Shown here piece after piece: positions 38,082-48,323 of a stretch of 64,000 nt of DNA. The position numbers and the translations under genes were made by a program. Under the pieces are notes generated by a model that was not told where the DNA came from, did no database searches, and saw only the letters and a program-made list of their open reading frames with translations. This DNA comes from Minisyncoccota bacterium. Lineage in GTDB: Bacteria > Patescibacteriota > Minisyncoccia > UBA6257 > GWB1-50-10. The stretch is taken from positions 370,582 through 434,581 of the forward strand of contig JAYRXE010000037.1 of assembly GCA_041917695.1 (NCBI GenBank). The letters run 5' to 3'. Position 1 is the stretch's first letter. Each line of letters begins with the position of its first letter.

Positions 38082-38519
38082 CTAGCGGAGATACGAAACG
38101 ATCGGATCATCCGCGTCGAGGAATTTCCAATAGAGCACCATCGAGCGGTTGATGAAAAGAAACGACGTGCGCTTCACCGGCACGAGTTGCGTGGCGCTTT
38201 GGCCGCTCGCAGTACCGGAGAGCGAAAATTCCATCGACGAAGACTGCGTTTCGGATGAAGAAGGCGTGAATTTTTCAAGCACGTACACGTCGCTCAAGCC
38301 CACGACGTCGTCACCCATCCCGCTCAGATGCCCAAAAAGGATTTCGCCGTTCGCAAGCTGTACCGAGGCCCACTCCTTGGGAAGCGGGCTGTGCATGCGC
38401 ACGTAGAGGACGGTACGTTCCGCACCGAGCCAAACGGCGCCGGCAACGATAAGAAACAAGAGGACGAGCACCCACGGGCTTCGCGCCTTTCTTTTTATGC
38501 GGATAATATCTATCGCCAT
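38082..38519 (-). CDS. Hypothetical membrane-anchored protein
   Basis: TM; SVQLANGEILFGHL..LSDVY..FINRSMV. Confidence 0.7.
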   Translation of the reverse strand: MAIDIIRIKRKARSPWVLVLLFLIVAGAVWLGAERTVLYVRMHSPLPKEWASVQLANGEILFGHLSGMGDDVVGLSDVYVLEKFTPSSSETQSSSMEFSLSGTASGQSATQLVPVKRTSFLFINRSMVLYWKFLDADDPIVSYLR

Positions 38520-38525
38520 AGTTGC

Positions 38526-38996
38526 TTATCTTGGATTATACCACGTCCCCTCTTCGCCCTGGTCGGCAAAAAAGTAGTAATATTCCCCGTCGCCGAAATT
38601 CTTGAGTGATTCAGCCGAAAATCCATACTGGAACGCCTTCCCCGATTCGCACGGAAGCGCGCGGTTCACGACGGCACGCGATACATCCTCGCGGTAGTCG
38701 ACCGACGCGGGATATACGAGGAGCGTCGCATAGGTCGCATGGCATCCGTCTTCAAGCACGACGCCTGTTGCCCCGCTTATCTTCCCGTCCGCGTACGCGA
38801 TGCGGCGATAGGTATCGGGAGAAGGCATGTTTCGCAAGACCGGATCGAGTATCGTGCGGGAAGATACAACCTTTTTTACCTCCGCGGTCTCTTCGGATTT
38901 TTTTTCTTTTCCGAAAAAAAACAAATAGCCCCCGGCGAGGATGAGGACGACGCCTAATGCGATGACGCGATAGAGCCGTTTCGAATCCCCTACCAT
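38526..38996 (-). CDS. Hypothetical membrane-anchored protein
   Basis: Start MVGDSK, overlapping the upstream stop; C-domain resembles the C-terminus of 43487-44902. Confidence 0.7.
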   Translation of the reverse strand: MVGDSKRLYRVIALGVVLILAGGYLFFFGKEKKSEETAEVKKVVSSRTILDPVLRNMPSPDTYRRIAYADGKISGATGVVLEDGCHATYATLLVYPASVDYREDVSRAVVNRALPCESGKAFQYGFSAESLKNFGDGEYYYFFADQGEEGTWYNPR

Positions 38997-39502
38997 TTGC
39001 GCACGACAAGCTCCACCATGATGTCCGAAATGACGTTCCAATAATGCTGCTGGGCAAACTGCCGGGCTTCCTCGGATTTCTTGTCCCACGGCGGATTGAA
39101 GAACACCACCATCTGCGAAACGTCGAAATGCGATTTGATAGGATAATGGTCGAGCTTGTTCGCCGCGCGCCAATCTTTGTTGAAATAGAGCCACGTGGCC
39201 TCCGAGAGCGTCCGCGTGTGCGTGGGATCCTGCCATGCGCGGATGGAGGTGTAATACGGCCCGATGATGGTTACTTTCGCCCCGTCGGCGCAAATGCGCC
39301 AGATTTCGTCCATGAACTTCATGAGGTCATGCGTGTGCTCGGCATAGTGGCTTACGTGGGCTTCTTCCACGGAATTATCTTCAAACGGCGCCCAGGGAAA
39401 TTGTTCCAGGTCCCACACGTAATCGACGCCGGGTCCCGGTGCGATGTCGACTCCCTTGAATCCGGCGCGTTTGTTCTGTCCGCAGGCGATATCGAGCTTC
39501 AT
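38990..39502 (-). CDS. Class I SAM-dependent methyltransferase (type 11-like)
   Basis: LDIACG, DLEQFPW..DNSVEE, EH, DEIWRIC, DPTH. Confidence 0.85.
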   Translation of the reverse strand: MKLDIACGQNKRAGFKGVDIAPGPGVDYVWDLEQFPWAPFEDNSVEEAHVSHYAEHTHDLMKFMDEIWRICADGAKVTIIGPYYTSIRAWQDPTHTRTLSEATWLYFNKDWRAANKLDHYPIKSHFDVSQMVVFFNPPWDKKSEEARQFAQQHYWNVISDIMVELVVRKW

Positions 39503-39515
39503 GACGTTAAATAGG

Positions 39516-40505
39516 TTAGTTGTTGATCACGTAATCGTACGCGGCTTTGGAAATTTCCGCCATGAAAGACGCAGCGCGCTTCTCATCTCCGCCGTTCGAA
39601 CCCACGCAGAGAATATAATGCCGGTTCGAAGCATATACGATACCGCAATCGGAGAACGTCTCATCGTTTGCCGCAATACCTATCTTATGTGCGACGGAGA
39701 CCCGCTCCGGGACTCCTGCAACGATCTTGTCATTGAAGCTACTACTCGCCAAATACCCGAGTATCTGTTCGGAATGCTCAGGGGAAACATATGTCGCATT
39801 GTAGAGGGCGAGAAACATGTTCGAGAGCGTCTTTAAATTGATCTTCACGTAAGTGGGCGCGGTATTCTCACCAAACCCTGGCACACCCTCCCCATAGGCC
39901 CACCCAAATTGCGCATATACATCCGCTAACGGGTCGGCGATGCCCGTGTTCATCAAAATGTTCTGCACGGCAATTGCGGCGGTATTATCCGATTGCTCCA
40001 ACATAATCCGTACCAATTCCTCAAGGCTGAAATCGTGGTCAGCTCCATTTTTATATAAATCACCGAAATCCTTATTCAAATCAAGTTCGCTAAGAGTGTA
40101 TCGATCGTTTAAGTGTAACTTTCCCTCCTCAACAGCCTTCATCGCCGACATCGCGAGCGGCACCTTCACGGTGCTTGCCGCAGTGAACTCTTCCCGTTCA
40201 TTCAGGCCCGTCCACGCACCGTTATTGAGATAGAGGAAATAAACATAGGTCTTTTGGGGATACCTCGCCTGTATCTCGGCAAGCGCCTTCCTTAGCGGTC
40301 CGAAATTAATGATGAAATGCTTGTTAAGATTCGACATGACGGTCGGATTGACGAACGCAAGATCTCCGCGCGCATTTTCACGCTCCAAAACATCTTTTGC
40401 CGAATCAGGGCTGTCCTTTTTTCCTGAAAAAGTTTTTCCCAAAACAAAGCTCGCCGTAGCAACGGCTAAAATTATCGGAACCGCGATGAAAATTTTTTTT
40501 ACCAT
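39516..40505 (-). CDS. Class A beta-lactamase-related serine hydrolase
   Basis: AASTVK (SxxK), SDN, AHKIG; N-terminal TM. Confidence 0.85.
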   Translation of the reverse strand: MVKKIFIAVPIILAVATASFVLGKTFSGKKDSPDSAKDVLERENARGDLAFVNPTVMSNLNKHFIINFGPLRKALAEIQARYPQKTYVYFLYLNNGAWTGLNEREEFTAASTVKVPLAMSAMKAVEEGKLHLNDRYTLSELDLNKDFGDLYKNGADHDFSLEELVRIMLEQSDNTAAIAVQNILMNTGIADPLADVYAQFGWAYGEGVPGFGENTAPTYVKINLKTLSNMFLALYNATYVSPEHSEQILGYLASSSFNDKIVAGVPERVSVAHKIGIAANDETFSDCGIVYASNRHYILCVGSNGGDEKRAASFMAEISKAAYDYVINN

Positions 40506-41218
40506 ACGATATCCATTTGCGCGTCGTAATGCCCCACTCTGACACGCGTATCACACGCCACCTTATACCCTAGTTTCCGTATCTTTTCGAAGAAATACAG
40601 GTCTTGCGTATATGCCTTGATGCCCCGTTCGTGGTCCCATTCATTAAACGTCTTAAACCAGGGTTTTTCAATCCGCGTGTCCCTAAAAAGCTCCATTTTG
40701 AAAAGCGTGAAGCCCATCCCAAGCCCATTGCACTCTTGAATTTCCTCCTGCGGCACTTGCGGACGGAAGTTCATCTCACTATCTTTCGGATCGCCATATA
40801 TCATCGGCTGGCCGCCCTCTCCCTTCGTCCAATAGAGACCACCAACGGCGGCGTAGTCGTCGATGTGTTCGTATAATTTGATAAGCCCGTCGGGCGGAGG
40901 GATATTATCCTCTTCCAAGGTAAGCACGTATTTCCATTTGGAAAGCTCGGGGTTTCCCAAAATAGTTTCGATGGTTGAGCTATAGGCCTCCCCAACCTCC
41001 ATGCCGATTGCAAATATCCTCGTGAATTTCTGGTTCATGGGCGCGATCATACCCATCCACGCTTGGGTGACTTTCGCAGGAATCATTCCGCGCGTGGGAA
41101 CGATGCAGACGGTCGAGAGGTCGCGATACCCCTTCCCTTTTTCCAATCGCTCAATGCTCTCCGAAAAATTAGCATTATGAGTCCCTTGGTAGTTTTGGAT
41201 GACGATTTGAGGCTTCAT
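40499..41218 (-). CDS. GT-A fold glycosyltransferase-like protein
   Basis: VCIVPTRG, TLEEDNIPP, GMGFTLF, QDLYF..G..VACDT..VGH. Confidence 0.7.
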   Translation of the reverse strand: MKPQIVIQNYQGTHNANFSESIERLEKGKGYRDLSTVCIVPTRGMIPAKVTQAWMGMIAPMNQKFTRIFAIGMEVGEAYSSTIETILGNPELSKWKYVLTLEEDNIPPPDGLIKLYEHIDDYAAVGGLYWTKGEGGQPMIYGDPKDSEMNFRPQVPQEEIQECNGLGMGFTLFKMELFRDTRIEKPWFKTFNEWDHERGIKAYTQDLYFFEKIRKLGYKVACDTRVRVGHYDAQMDIVW

Positions 41219-41233
41219 ATGATATTCATTACT

Positions 41234-42841
41234 TTACCAAACCAAATTGATGTACGGTTTCTGTTGCTGACTCGACCCGCCGGTGCTTGTAATGACGGAT
41301 GTATGCACCGACGCAGGCATGATCGGCGTCAGGAAATCTCCTACGGCGGATGTCGAGGAAAATATACCGTTCAGCCATTGAGAATTCACGTTGAAAGTCG
41401 ATGCGGTGGCAAAATTTCCCGCTGTATTTATAGACCCAGAAAAGCGCGCCACGCTGTTTGCCGGCATGACCGCTACGCTCGACGAGCGGTTCGTTTGCGC
41501 GACCACGAGCCAATACTGACCAGCCGATAACGAGTCTCCTCCATTGGTGTACAACGGTATTTTGCGAATGCCGCTTACGATGGTCGAAATATTGCCAGCG
41601 CTCGAACTTGAGTTTGCATTGCTGTCAGTCCCCCAGTAAAAGCGATGGCTTTGGGCGGTAACACTATTCTGGCTCACTTCATTCCGCCACATGAATGAAG
41701 ACAGGCGGGACAAGGCGGTGCCGCCATTCAAGGTATAAATGCCCACCATATACGCAATCGATTGGGAGCCTGTTCCGGCCACGGTAGCAAAGTTGGCAAT
41801 CATATTTACGCTTCTAAACGTGAGATTCTGCAATACCTGAAGGGGGCCTACATAATAGGACGCAGTGATATTAGTGCCGGCTCCCGTCGCGCCGGTATAT
41901 TGCGAAGAAGTCGCCAAGTAAGCGGGGACATGCGGCCAATGGGAAACAGTTGCTCCTCCCCCGCCAGCGTTTACGCTTGCCGTGATCGTCGAGCCGTTCA
42001 TGCCGAAGGTGACGCCGTTTGAGTTTGAAAAGACGATGTTCCCCGCCGTTACCGGCGCGCCCGCGTTCACCCCGATGCCGGCAATGGTCGTCGAGGAGTT
42101 TGAGATGACATTGATGACGCCGTTTTCGCAAACAAGTGCGCGCGTCAAAGTCGAGTTGTACCACAGGGCGCCGTTATTCGTGCATGCCCCGCCCAAACTG
42201 TCCGCGGTGTTTGCAACGTCAAGTGAGAGTACCGTTTGGCTTCCGGCGCCGATGCCGCTCCCGGTGCCGATCTGCACCTTGGTAGAGGTAGGCGTGCGGA
42301 GAGCCGCGCCGTACACGCTTTCCGCGGTTTGCGCCCAGGCGTTCGACGTTATCTGCTGGCGCGGGGTCAGGTCTTCCCAGCTGCCGGAGCACGTGGAGGT
42401 GACGGTATTCACCGCCACTTGAAGGTACAAAGTCGACGTCGTCAGGAAATCAAGACCCGAGAGATCGTCCATGCGCCCGACCTGGTCGCTAAAGACGCCG
42501 TCCGTAACGGTCGTCGTCGTATTCGTCGGCGTCCCTGCCGGCCATACCTTATTCCCTCCGCTTGCCGCGTCATAAATGGAATAGCGGAAACAATAGAGCG
42601 TGCCGGTTCCTCCGAGCGGGTTCCCCGACGTGTCGGTCAGCCTCCCCTGGTACGAAATAAGGTTCGGCACGCCGGCTGCGGACTGCGCCTCGGGCGGCGC
42701 GAAGATGCGTCCCGCGAGCGAAAGATACAGGAAAAACGTAAAAATACCCTCGAGCGCAACCAAGAAAAGCGCGAAAGCGGCGCCCCTGCGCTTCGTATTG
42801 CGGATTTTCACCCCCTGGATGCTGTCGACGGAAAAACTCAT
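41234..42841 (-). CDS. Fibre/adhesin-like surface protein
   Basis: TM; VPNLISYQGRLTD..IYDAASGG..DGVFS..PRQ N-domain; VFSNSNGVTFG motif; Ser/Thr/Gly-rich beta C-domain. Confidence 0.65.
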   Translation of the reverse strand: MSFSVDSIQGVKIRNTKRRGAAFALFLVALEGIFTFFLYLSLAGRIFAPPEAQSAAGVPNLISYQGRLTDTSGNPLGGTGTLYCFRYSIYDAASGGNKVWPAGTPTNTTTTVTDGVFSDQVGRMDDLSGLDFLTTSTLYLQVAVNTVTSTCSGSWEDLTPRQQITSNAWAQTAESVYGAALRTPTSTKVQIGTGSGIGAGSQTVLSLDVANTADSLGGACTNNGALWYNSTLTRALVCENGVINVISNSSTTIAGIGVNAGAPVTAGNIVFSNSNGVTFGMNGSTITASVNAGGGGATVSHWPHVPAYLATSSQYTGATGAGTNITASYYVGPLQVLQNLTFRSVNMIANFATVAGTGSQSIAYMVGIYTLNGGTALSRLSSFMWRNEVSQNSVTAQSHRFYWGTDSNANSSSSAGNISTIVSGIRKIPLYTNGGDSLSAGQYWLVVAQTNRSSSVAVMPANSVARFSGSINTAGNFATASTFNVNSQWLNGIFSSTSAVGDFLTPIMPASVHTSVITSTGGSSQQQKPYINLVW

Positions 42842-42844
42842 GGA

Positions 42845-43480
42845 TTATTTTTTCAATAAAAGGCCCCGCGCCGTGCGGTGGGTTTCTTGATATGCATTCG
42901 AAAACTCTACCGCAAGCTCGCGTTCCGCGGGAACACGGGACGCGTGAAAATGCGCATTATGATGGAGCGCGAACTCCAAAGGCGCCGTCACTTTCATGAA
43001 ATAGGCATCCACTTCCTTGCCGTCCTTGCGCGCCACGGACCACTGCCACCCGAAATCAAGCAAATGGTCGCCAAACGGCAAAGGCTGGGAAACAGCCGTA
43101 TACTGCTCGCCTATCGGTATGATGTCCTGGGTCTGATAGAAGACTTCGAAATTAAAACCGTAGCCTTGGAATTTCGTACGGCGGTTTTCCGTGAGCCGCG
43201 TGAGAATCCGCGCCGCTTCGGCTGGGAGCGGCGAAGAAGCGGGTTCGCGCGCTTCAAGGTCTTCGAAGCGGATGCGATGTTCCTCGCACGCGATTTGAAG
43301 CCCCAGAGCGGGAAGATCGATGACCTTCATGCGAAGCATCGGATCGTCGGCAAGCTGCATCCCCCGCCCCCGATCGCCCTTGAAAAGCTCAACCAACTCG
43401 CTTGGCTCGGGCACTAACGACACGCCCCGTTCAAAAACGAATATCATGTTTGCCTTGTGGAGCGATTCGGAGCGTATCAT
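42845..43480 (-). CDS. Hypothetical protein
   Basis: 211-aa ORF tightly packed in the operon. Confidence 0.7.
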   Translation of the reverse strand: MIRSESLHKANMIFVFERGVSLVPEPSELVELFKGDRGRGMQLADDPMLRMKVIDLPALGLQIACEEHRIRFEDLEAREPASSPLPAEAARILTRLTENRRTKFQGYGFNFEVFYQTQDIIPIGEQYTAVSQPLPFGDHLLDFGWQWSVARKDGKEVDAYFMKVTAPLEFALHHNAHFHASRVPAERELAVEFSNAYQETHRTARGLLLKK

Positions 43481-43486
43481 GTTTTT

Positions 43487-44902
43487 CTATTCAGCCTTTA
43501 CGCGGGTCACCTTGATGCCGAACACCTCGTCGCGCGGAATGGTGGGGCCGTTGCCCTGGTCCGCGACGGTAAGGTAATAGACCCCGTCCTCGAGGGTGGG
43601 CGGCACGTCGCGGTCGGTGAATTTCTGCGTGAGCGAACCATTGTGGCATTCAAACGCCTTGTTGAAAAGCGCGAGCGAGGGATCTTTCAGGTATCCGTCC
43701 CGCTCCTTGAACAGAAGCGTTGCCAGATATCCTTTGCGGCAGGCGGATTGCAGTTCAAATGAATGCTCGTCGAGAAGCCGCAAACGCGCATCATCCATCT
43801 TCCGGCCCGCTTCAGCCTTGTACTCCTTCACGTCTTCAGTCGGAAGCCATTGTATGTCTTTGATATTAAGGGACGCGCTGTTTTCGAGGGCAAACGTAAA
43901 ACGCGGAGGGCCTTGGGGCGTCGACGGCGTCGGCGTCGGGTCAACCACTTGTTCGGGAGACGGCTCGACGACATTCGGCTCAACCACCACGTGCATCGCA
44001 TCGTCTATTACGTCGGCCACGGAATTGATGGCGTCGCCGATGACATTCCCCACGTCCGATGCGGCATCAAGGACCGAATCGAGGCCGTCCCGGGCGGCGT
44101 CCATAAATGACTGGTCGTATTCGGCCTCAACCCAAAGTCCGTCCAAGAGGACGGTCGGCGCATCGCCCGTCGGAAGCGACGCAAACTGGAACTGGAGATT
44201 CCGCACGTCGTCCCACGACGCGACGGGAATTTCGATTGAAAAACCGCGCCAATTCGATTCGGCGATCTCCGCAAGCGGCTTCCATTCGGTTCCGCCGTCC
44301 ACCGAAAAGCTCACCGCCATGAATGCGGGGTTCGCGGATACGCCTTGCGTTACCTGGTCTTCGGCGTGAACCTCCGGGACAAAACGAAACGCCGCAGGAG
44401 CGGATGATTCGCTTTGCGGTTCCGCAGGCTTCTCTTGCGGTTGTTCTTGCGGGAGAGCCGGTTCCGCAGGCTTCGGTTCGGGCTCGCGGTTCGGCGCTTC
44501 CTCTCCCTTTTTTTCTTCGTTCAATGTCTCCTGCCACTCGGCTTCGTCCCCGCTCGCCGGAGAATTTTCGGCAAATGAAACATCCCACGAGACATGGAGC
44601 ACGATGCGCGTCGGCGGCGAATGCTTTTCGCCGGGATCGAAATAACCGCAATATATCTGTCCCGTACGGTTATGCAATACGGCGGAATTCGAATCGGAGA
44701 AACCGTCCGATTGGCCCATGCGTTCGGGTTCGCCTGATGCGCCGCCGGGGTTTTCCCAGCCTCCCAGGCACGATGACGGATACGCCACAAGGGACGCCGC
44801 AGAGGCGGCATAACGGTCATTCGTCGTATTCGTCGAAAGGCTGAGCGCCAAAAATACAAATACAAGGACGCCAACGGTCGTATTCTTTAACCAACGTGGC
44901 AT
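43487..44902 (-). CDS. Secreted acidic hypothetical protein
   Basis: Signal/TM; YPSSCLGGW; Pro/Glu linkers; C-terminal YY..ADQG domain. Confidence 0.75.
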   Translation of the reverse strand: MPRWLKNTTVGVLVFVFLALSLSTNTTNDRYAASAASLVAYPSSCLGGWENPGGASGEPERMGQSDGFSDSNSAVLHNRTGQIYCGYFDPGEKHSPPTRIVLHVSWDVSFAENSPASGDEAEWQETLNEEKKGEEAPNREPEPKPAEPALPQEQPQEKPAEPQSESSAPAAFRFVPEVHAEDQVTQGVSANPAFMAVSFSVDGGTEWKPLAEIAESNWRGFSIEIPVASWDDVRNLQFQFASLPTGDAPTVLLDGLWVEAEYDQSFMDAARDGLDSVLDAASDVGNVIGDAINSVADVIDDAMHVVVEPNVVEPSPEQVVDPTPTPSTPQGPPRFTFALENSASLNIKDIQWLPTEDVKEYKAEAGRKMDDARLRLLDEHSFELQSACRKGYLATLLFKERDGYLKDPSLALFNKAFECHNGSLTQKFTDRDVPPTLEDGVYYLTVADQGNGPTIPRDEVFGIKVTRVKAE

Positions 44903-44969
44903 TGTGCATTTATTTTAGCACACCAAATGAACCTTCACGTTAGAGAAATGTTAATAACTCCCGCGAAGG

Positions 44970-46253
44970 TTATCCGGCAAACGAAAAATAGAAAAAGACG
45001 CCGGCTGCAATCGTCATCAGAACGCCGATTGCGATGCCCCACGCGTTCGAATTCCTTGAATTTGTCCGGCTTCCCATCGTCTTCCGGTCATTGGCAAGCG
45101 CGATAATCATAAAAATGAGGGGCGGAGCGCACAGGCCGTTCAAAACGGCTGAATAATAAAGCATTTTAAAGGGCGGAACGCCGGAGAAATTCACGAGGAG
45201 CCCCAAGAACGTCGCTACGATGATGGCGGTGTAGAACCCCCGCGCTTTTGAAAATGTCTTTCCCAAACCTTCGGACCAGCCGACGGCTTCCGAGAGAGCG
45301 TACGAGGCGGAACCGGCGAGCACGGGTATAGCGAGCAAGCCGGTGCCCACAATGCCAAGCGCAAAGAGGAGGTATGCAAACGGGCCGGCGATAGGCTCGA
45401 GCGCGGCGGCTGCCTGGTCGGCTGTCTCGATGGAGAAGATTCCCTGCGCGTGGAGCGTCGCCGCCGTGGTCGCGATGATGAAGAAGCTCACGAGATTTGA
45501 AAAAACCATGCCGAGCACGGTATCCGCGCGCATATCCCGCAAATCCTGCCGAGTCACTTTCGGGATTCCCTTCCCCATCGCTCGAATCTTTCCCTTCGCG
45601 ACCTCTTCCTCGACTTCTTCATCGGACTGCCAAAAGAACAGATACGGCGAAATCGTCGTGCCGAGAAAAGCCACCACGTTCATGGCAAACTCCTTCGACA
45701 GCACGAACCGTGGCCAGAAGGTGCTCGAAAGAATGACTCCCCAGTCGGCCTTCACGATGAAAAGAACCGCCACGTAGGAGAATAGCGAGAAGGTGAGGTA
45801 TTTGAGGATGCGGGCATAGGTCGGGTACGGGATGTAGATTTGGAGGATGAGAACGACAAACACCGCGGCCCAAAGCCATAGTGCAACGCCCCCGCCGAAG
45901 ACAAGGGAGATCGAAGAGGCTATTGCGCCGAGATCGGCCCCGATATTCACGACGTTTGCCAAAAAAAGAAGGAGAACGGCGACGGAAAGCAACGCCCTCC
46001 CATAGCGCGCCCGAAGGGCTCCCGCGAGCCCCTTCCCGGTCACGAGGCCTATCCGCCCGCACATCTCCTGGATGGCGACCATGAAGGGAACGCTGAAAAA
46101 GGCGAGCCACAGCTGGCGGTAGCCGAAAACCGCCCCGGTCTGGGCGTAGGTCCCGATGCCGGATGGGTCGTCGTCGGCCGCTCCCGTAATGAAGCCTGGG
46201 CCTATTTTCTTAAAAAACCGCTTAAAATCTAGCTTTTTCGCCATTTCCTCCAT
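44970..46253 (-). CDS. NRAMP family divalent metal transporter
   Basis: GPGFITGAADDDPSGI, GTTISPYLFFWQ. Confidence 0.9.
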   Translation of the reverse strand: MEEMAKKLDFKRFFKKIGPGFITGAADDDPSGIGTYAQTGAVFGYRQLWLAFFSVPFMVAIQEMCGRIGLVTGKGLAGALRARYGRALLSVAVLLLFLANVVNIGADLGAIASSISLVFGGGVALWLWAAVFVVLILQIYIPYPTYARILKYLTFSLFSYVAVLFIVKADWGVILSSTFWPRFVLSKEFAMNVVAFLGTTISPYLFFWQSDEEVEEEVAKGKIRAMGKGIPKVTRQDLRDMRADTVLGMVFSNLVSFFIIATTAATLHAQGIFSIETADQAAAALEPIAGPFAYLLFALGIVGTGLLAIPVLAGSASYALSEAVGWSEGLGKTFSKARGFYTAIIVATFLGLLVNFSGVPPFKMLYYSAVLNGLCAPPLIFMIIALANDRKTMGSRTNSRNSNAWGIAIGVLMTIAAGVFFYFSFAG

Positions 46254-46438
46254 TATAGCGGTTCACCCCTGTGGATAACTTTCCGGAAAAACTTGAAAAA
46301 TCGGGAGGGGTATGGTAGGATAATCTTACACCTCGAGAGAGGCGTTTTTTATTGGGATTTTGGTCGGCTGTCGGATTCGGACCTCGAATCGGCCGGCGGA
46401 CCGGGTTCCCTAAATCTCCGAGGAAGTTTAAGAATCTT

Positions 46439-46900
46439 ATGAAAAGACTTTTCATCCTTACGGCGCTCGTCTTTGCCCTCTTTGCGGCTCCGACCTACGC
46501 CGAAAACCCCGATTTTTGCCAATACTCCTTCGAATCGAAGACGGCGGCGGCAAAAGCCGCGGTGACGGAAGAATTGAAGCCGGCGGCCCCCGCGGCCTCG
46601 GCGATTCCCACGTATGTCTGGGTGACGGCCTACTCTTCGGCCGTGGACGAGACTGACGAGGACCCGTTTACAACGGCCTCCATGACCACCGTCCGCGACG
46701 GCATCGTAGCCGCGAACTTCCTCCCCTTCGGGACGAGGATCAAGCTCCCCGGACTCACCGGCGACAAAATCTATGTCGTCGAGGACCGGATGCATTCCCG
46801 CAAATCGAATTACGTGGACGTCTGGATGCCTTCAAAGGCTGAAGCCATGCAGTTCGGCAAGACGAAGACCAAAATCGTCATTGTTGAAATGCCCGCCTAA
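46439..46900 (+). CDS. 3D-domain protein
   Basis: TAYSS..ETD..PFTTAS, AANFLPFGT, VEDRM, VDVW. Confidence 0.85.
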   Translation: MKRLFILTALVFALFAAPTYAENPDFCQYSFESKTAAAKAAVTEELKPAAPAASAIPTYVWVTAYSSAVDETDEDPFTTASMTTVRDGIVAANFLPFGTRIKLPGLTGDKIYVVEDRMHSRKSNYVDVWMPSKAEAMQFGKTKTKIVIVEMPA

Positions 46901-46984
46901 CGCTCGAAAGGAATCCTGAAAGTCCAAAACGCCCCACAGGGGGCGTTTTGTTTTGCGTGCCGGAAGCTTATACTTAAGGCATCC

Positions 46985-48310
46985 ATGCAGGCGCGGAACA
47001 TCATCAACTTCGAGATTGCCGGCGGCAAGAAACTCCACGGGACCGTGGAAACGAACACCGCGAAGAATTCCGCGGTCGGCCTCCTCTGCGCTTCGCTTTT
47101 GAACGAGGCGGAAACCCTTTTGATAGACATGCCGAAGATCGAAGAGGTCTTCCGGATCATCGAGGTGCTCCATTCAATCGGCGTTTCCGCGGTATGGGAG
47201 GGACAAAACCTCCGCATCCGTCCGCCGAAAAAACTTGCCGTCACAAAAATGGACGTGGACACCGCCATGCGCACGCGGAGCGCCATCATGCTCATCGGTC
47301 CCCTCCTCCATCTTTTCCCCAAATTCCACATCCCCCAGGCGGGCGGGTGCCAGCTGGGAAGCCGGACGGTCGAGCCCCACTTCTTTGCGCTCGAAAACCT
47401 CGGCGTCCATATTAAAACGCTTCCGAAGTCGTACGAGATAACGCGAAAAAGCCTGAAGCGGAACCGGACGGTCATCCTTTACGAAGCGGGCGACACCGTT
47501 ACCGAAAACATCCTTATGGCGGCGGCGAAGGTTCCGGGAAAGACCACTATAAAATTCGCTTCGGCGAACTATCAGGTGCAGGACCTCTGCCGGTTCCTCG
47601 AGCTTTTGGGTGCAAAGGTTGAAGGCATCGGCACGACGACGATGGTGATACGCGGGAATCCGCATATGGCGAAGCCCGTCGAATTCCGCCCGAGCGAAGA
47701 CCCTATCGAATCCATGCTGTTTCTCTCGATCGCGGCGACGACCGGTTCGGAGCTCCTCATCAAGCGTTGCCCAATCGACTTCCTTGAGCTTGAGCTCTTG
47801 AAGCTCAAGAAGATGGGCTTCCGCTATAAGATCGTGCGGGAATACGTCTCGAAAAACGGCTTTACGCGGCTTGCCGACATCCGCACCTATCCGTCGAAAC
47901 TCACCGCGCTCCACGACAAGCTGAGCTCCGGCCCTTTTCCCGACCTGAACATCGACAATCTCCCCTTTTTCGTGCCTATCGCCATCCGAAGCTCGGGAAC
48001 GACGCTTATCCACGACTGGGTGTATGAAAACCGCGCCATCTATTACCTTGAACTCAAGAAGCTGGGCGCAAACATCCTCCTCGCCGATCCGCACCGCGTA
48101 TACGTCGAAGGCCCGTCGCATCTGAAGGGTGCGGAGGTTATCTGCCCGCCCGCGCTTCGCCCCGCCGCCATCATCCTCATCGCCATGCTTGCCGCCGAGG
48201 GAAAATCCACTCTCCGCAACGTCTACTCCATAAACCGCGGCTACGAAGATCTCGCGGCGCGCCTTAAGAAATTAGGCGCGGATATCAAGGTATTGAAATT
48301 GAAGGCATAA
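46985..48310 (+). CDS. murA: UDP-N-acetylglucosamine 1-carboxyvinyltransferase
   Basis: AKNS, AGGCQLGSR, TENILMAA, VYENR, INRGYE. Confidence 0.93.
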   Translation: MQARNIINFEIAGGKKLHGTVETNTAKNSAVGLLCASLLNEAETLLIDMPKIEEVFRIIEVLHSIGVSAVWEGQNLRIRPPKKLAVTKMDVDTAMRTRSAIMLIGPLLHLFPKFHIPQAGGCQLGSRTVEPHFFALENLGVHIKTLPKSYEITRKSLKRNRTVILYEAGDTVTENILMAAAKVPGKTTIKFASANYQVQDLCRFLELLGAKVEGIGTTTMVIRGNPHMAKPVEFRPSEDPIESMLFLSIAATTGSELLIKRCPIDFLELELLKLKKMGFRYKIVREYVSKNGFTRLADIRTYPSKLTALHDKLSSGPFPDLNIDNLPFFVPIAIRSSGTTLIHDWVYENRAIYYLELKKLGANILLADPHRVYVEGPSHLKGAEVICPPALRPAAIILIAMLAAEGKSTLRNVYSINRGYEDLAARLKKLGADIKVLKLKA

Positions 48311-48323
48311 ATAAAAACCGCCC

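Noticed and set aside
39516-40505. Bona fide beta-lactam resistance gene
   Set aside because: SxxK and SDN are present, but KTG reads KIG, the protein is membrane-anchored and no clear omega-loop Glu is visible; more likely a PBP-like hydrolase.
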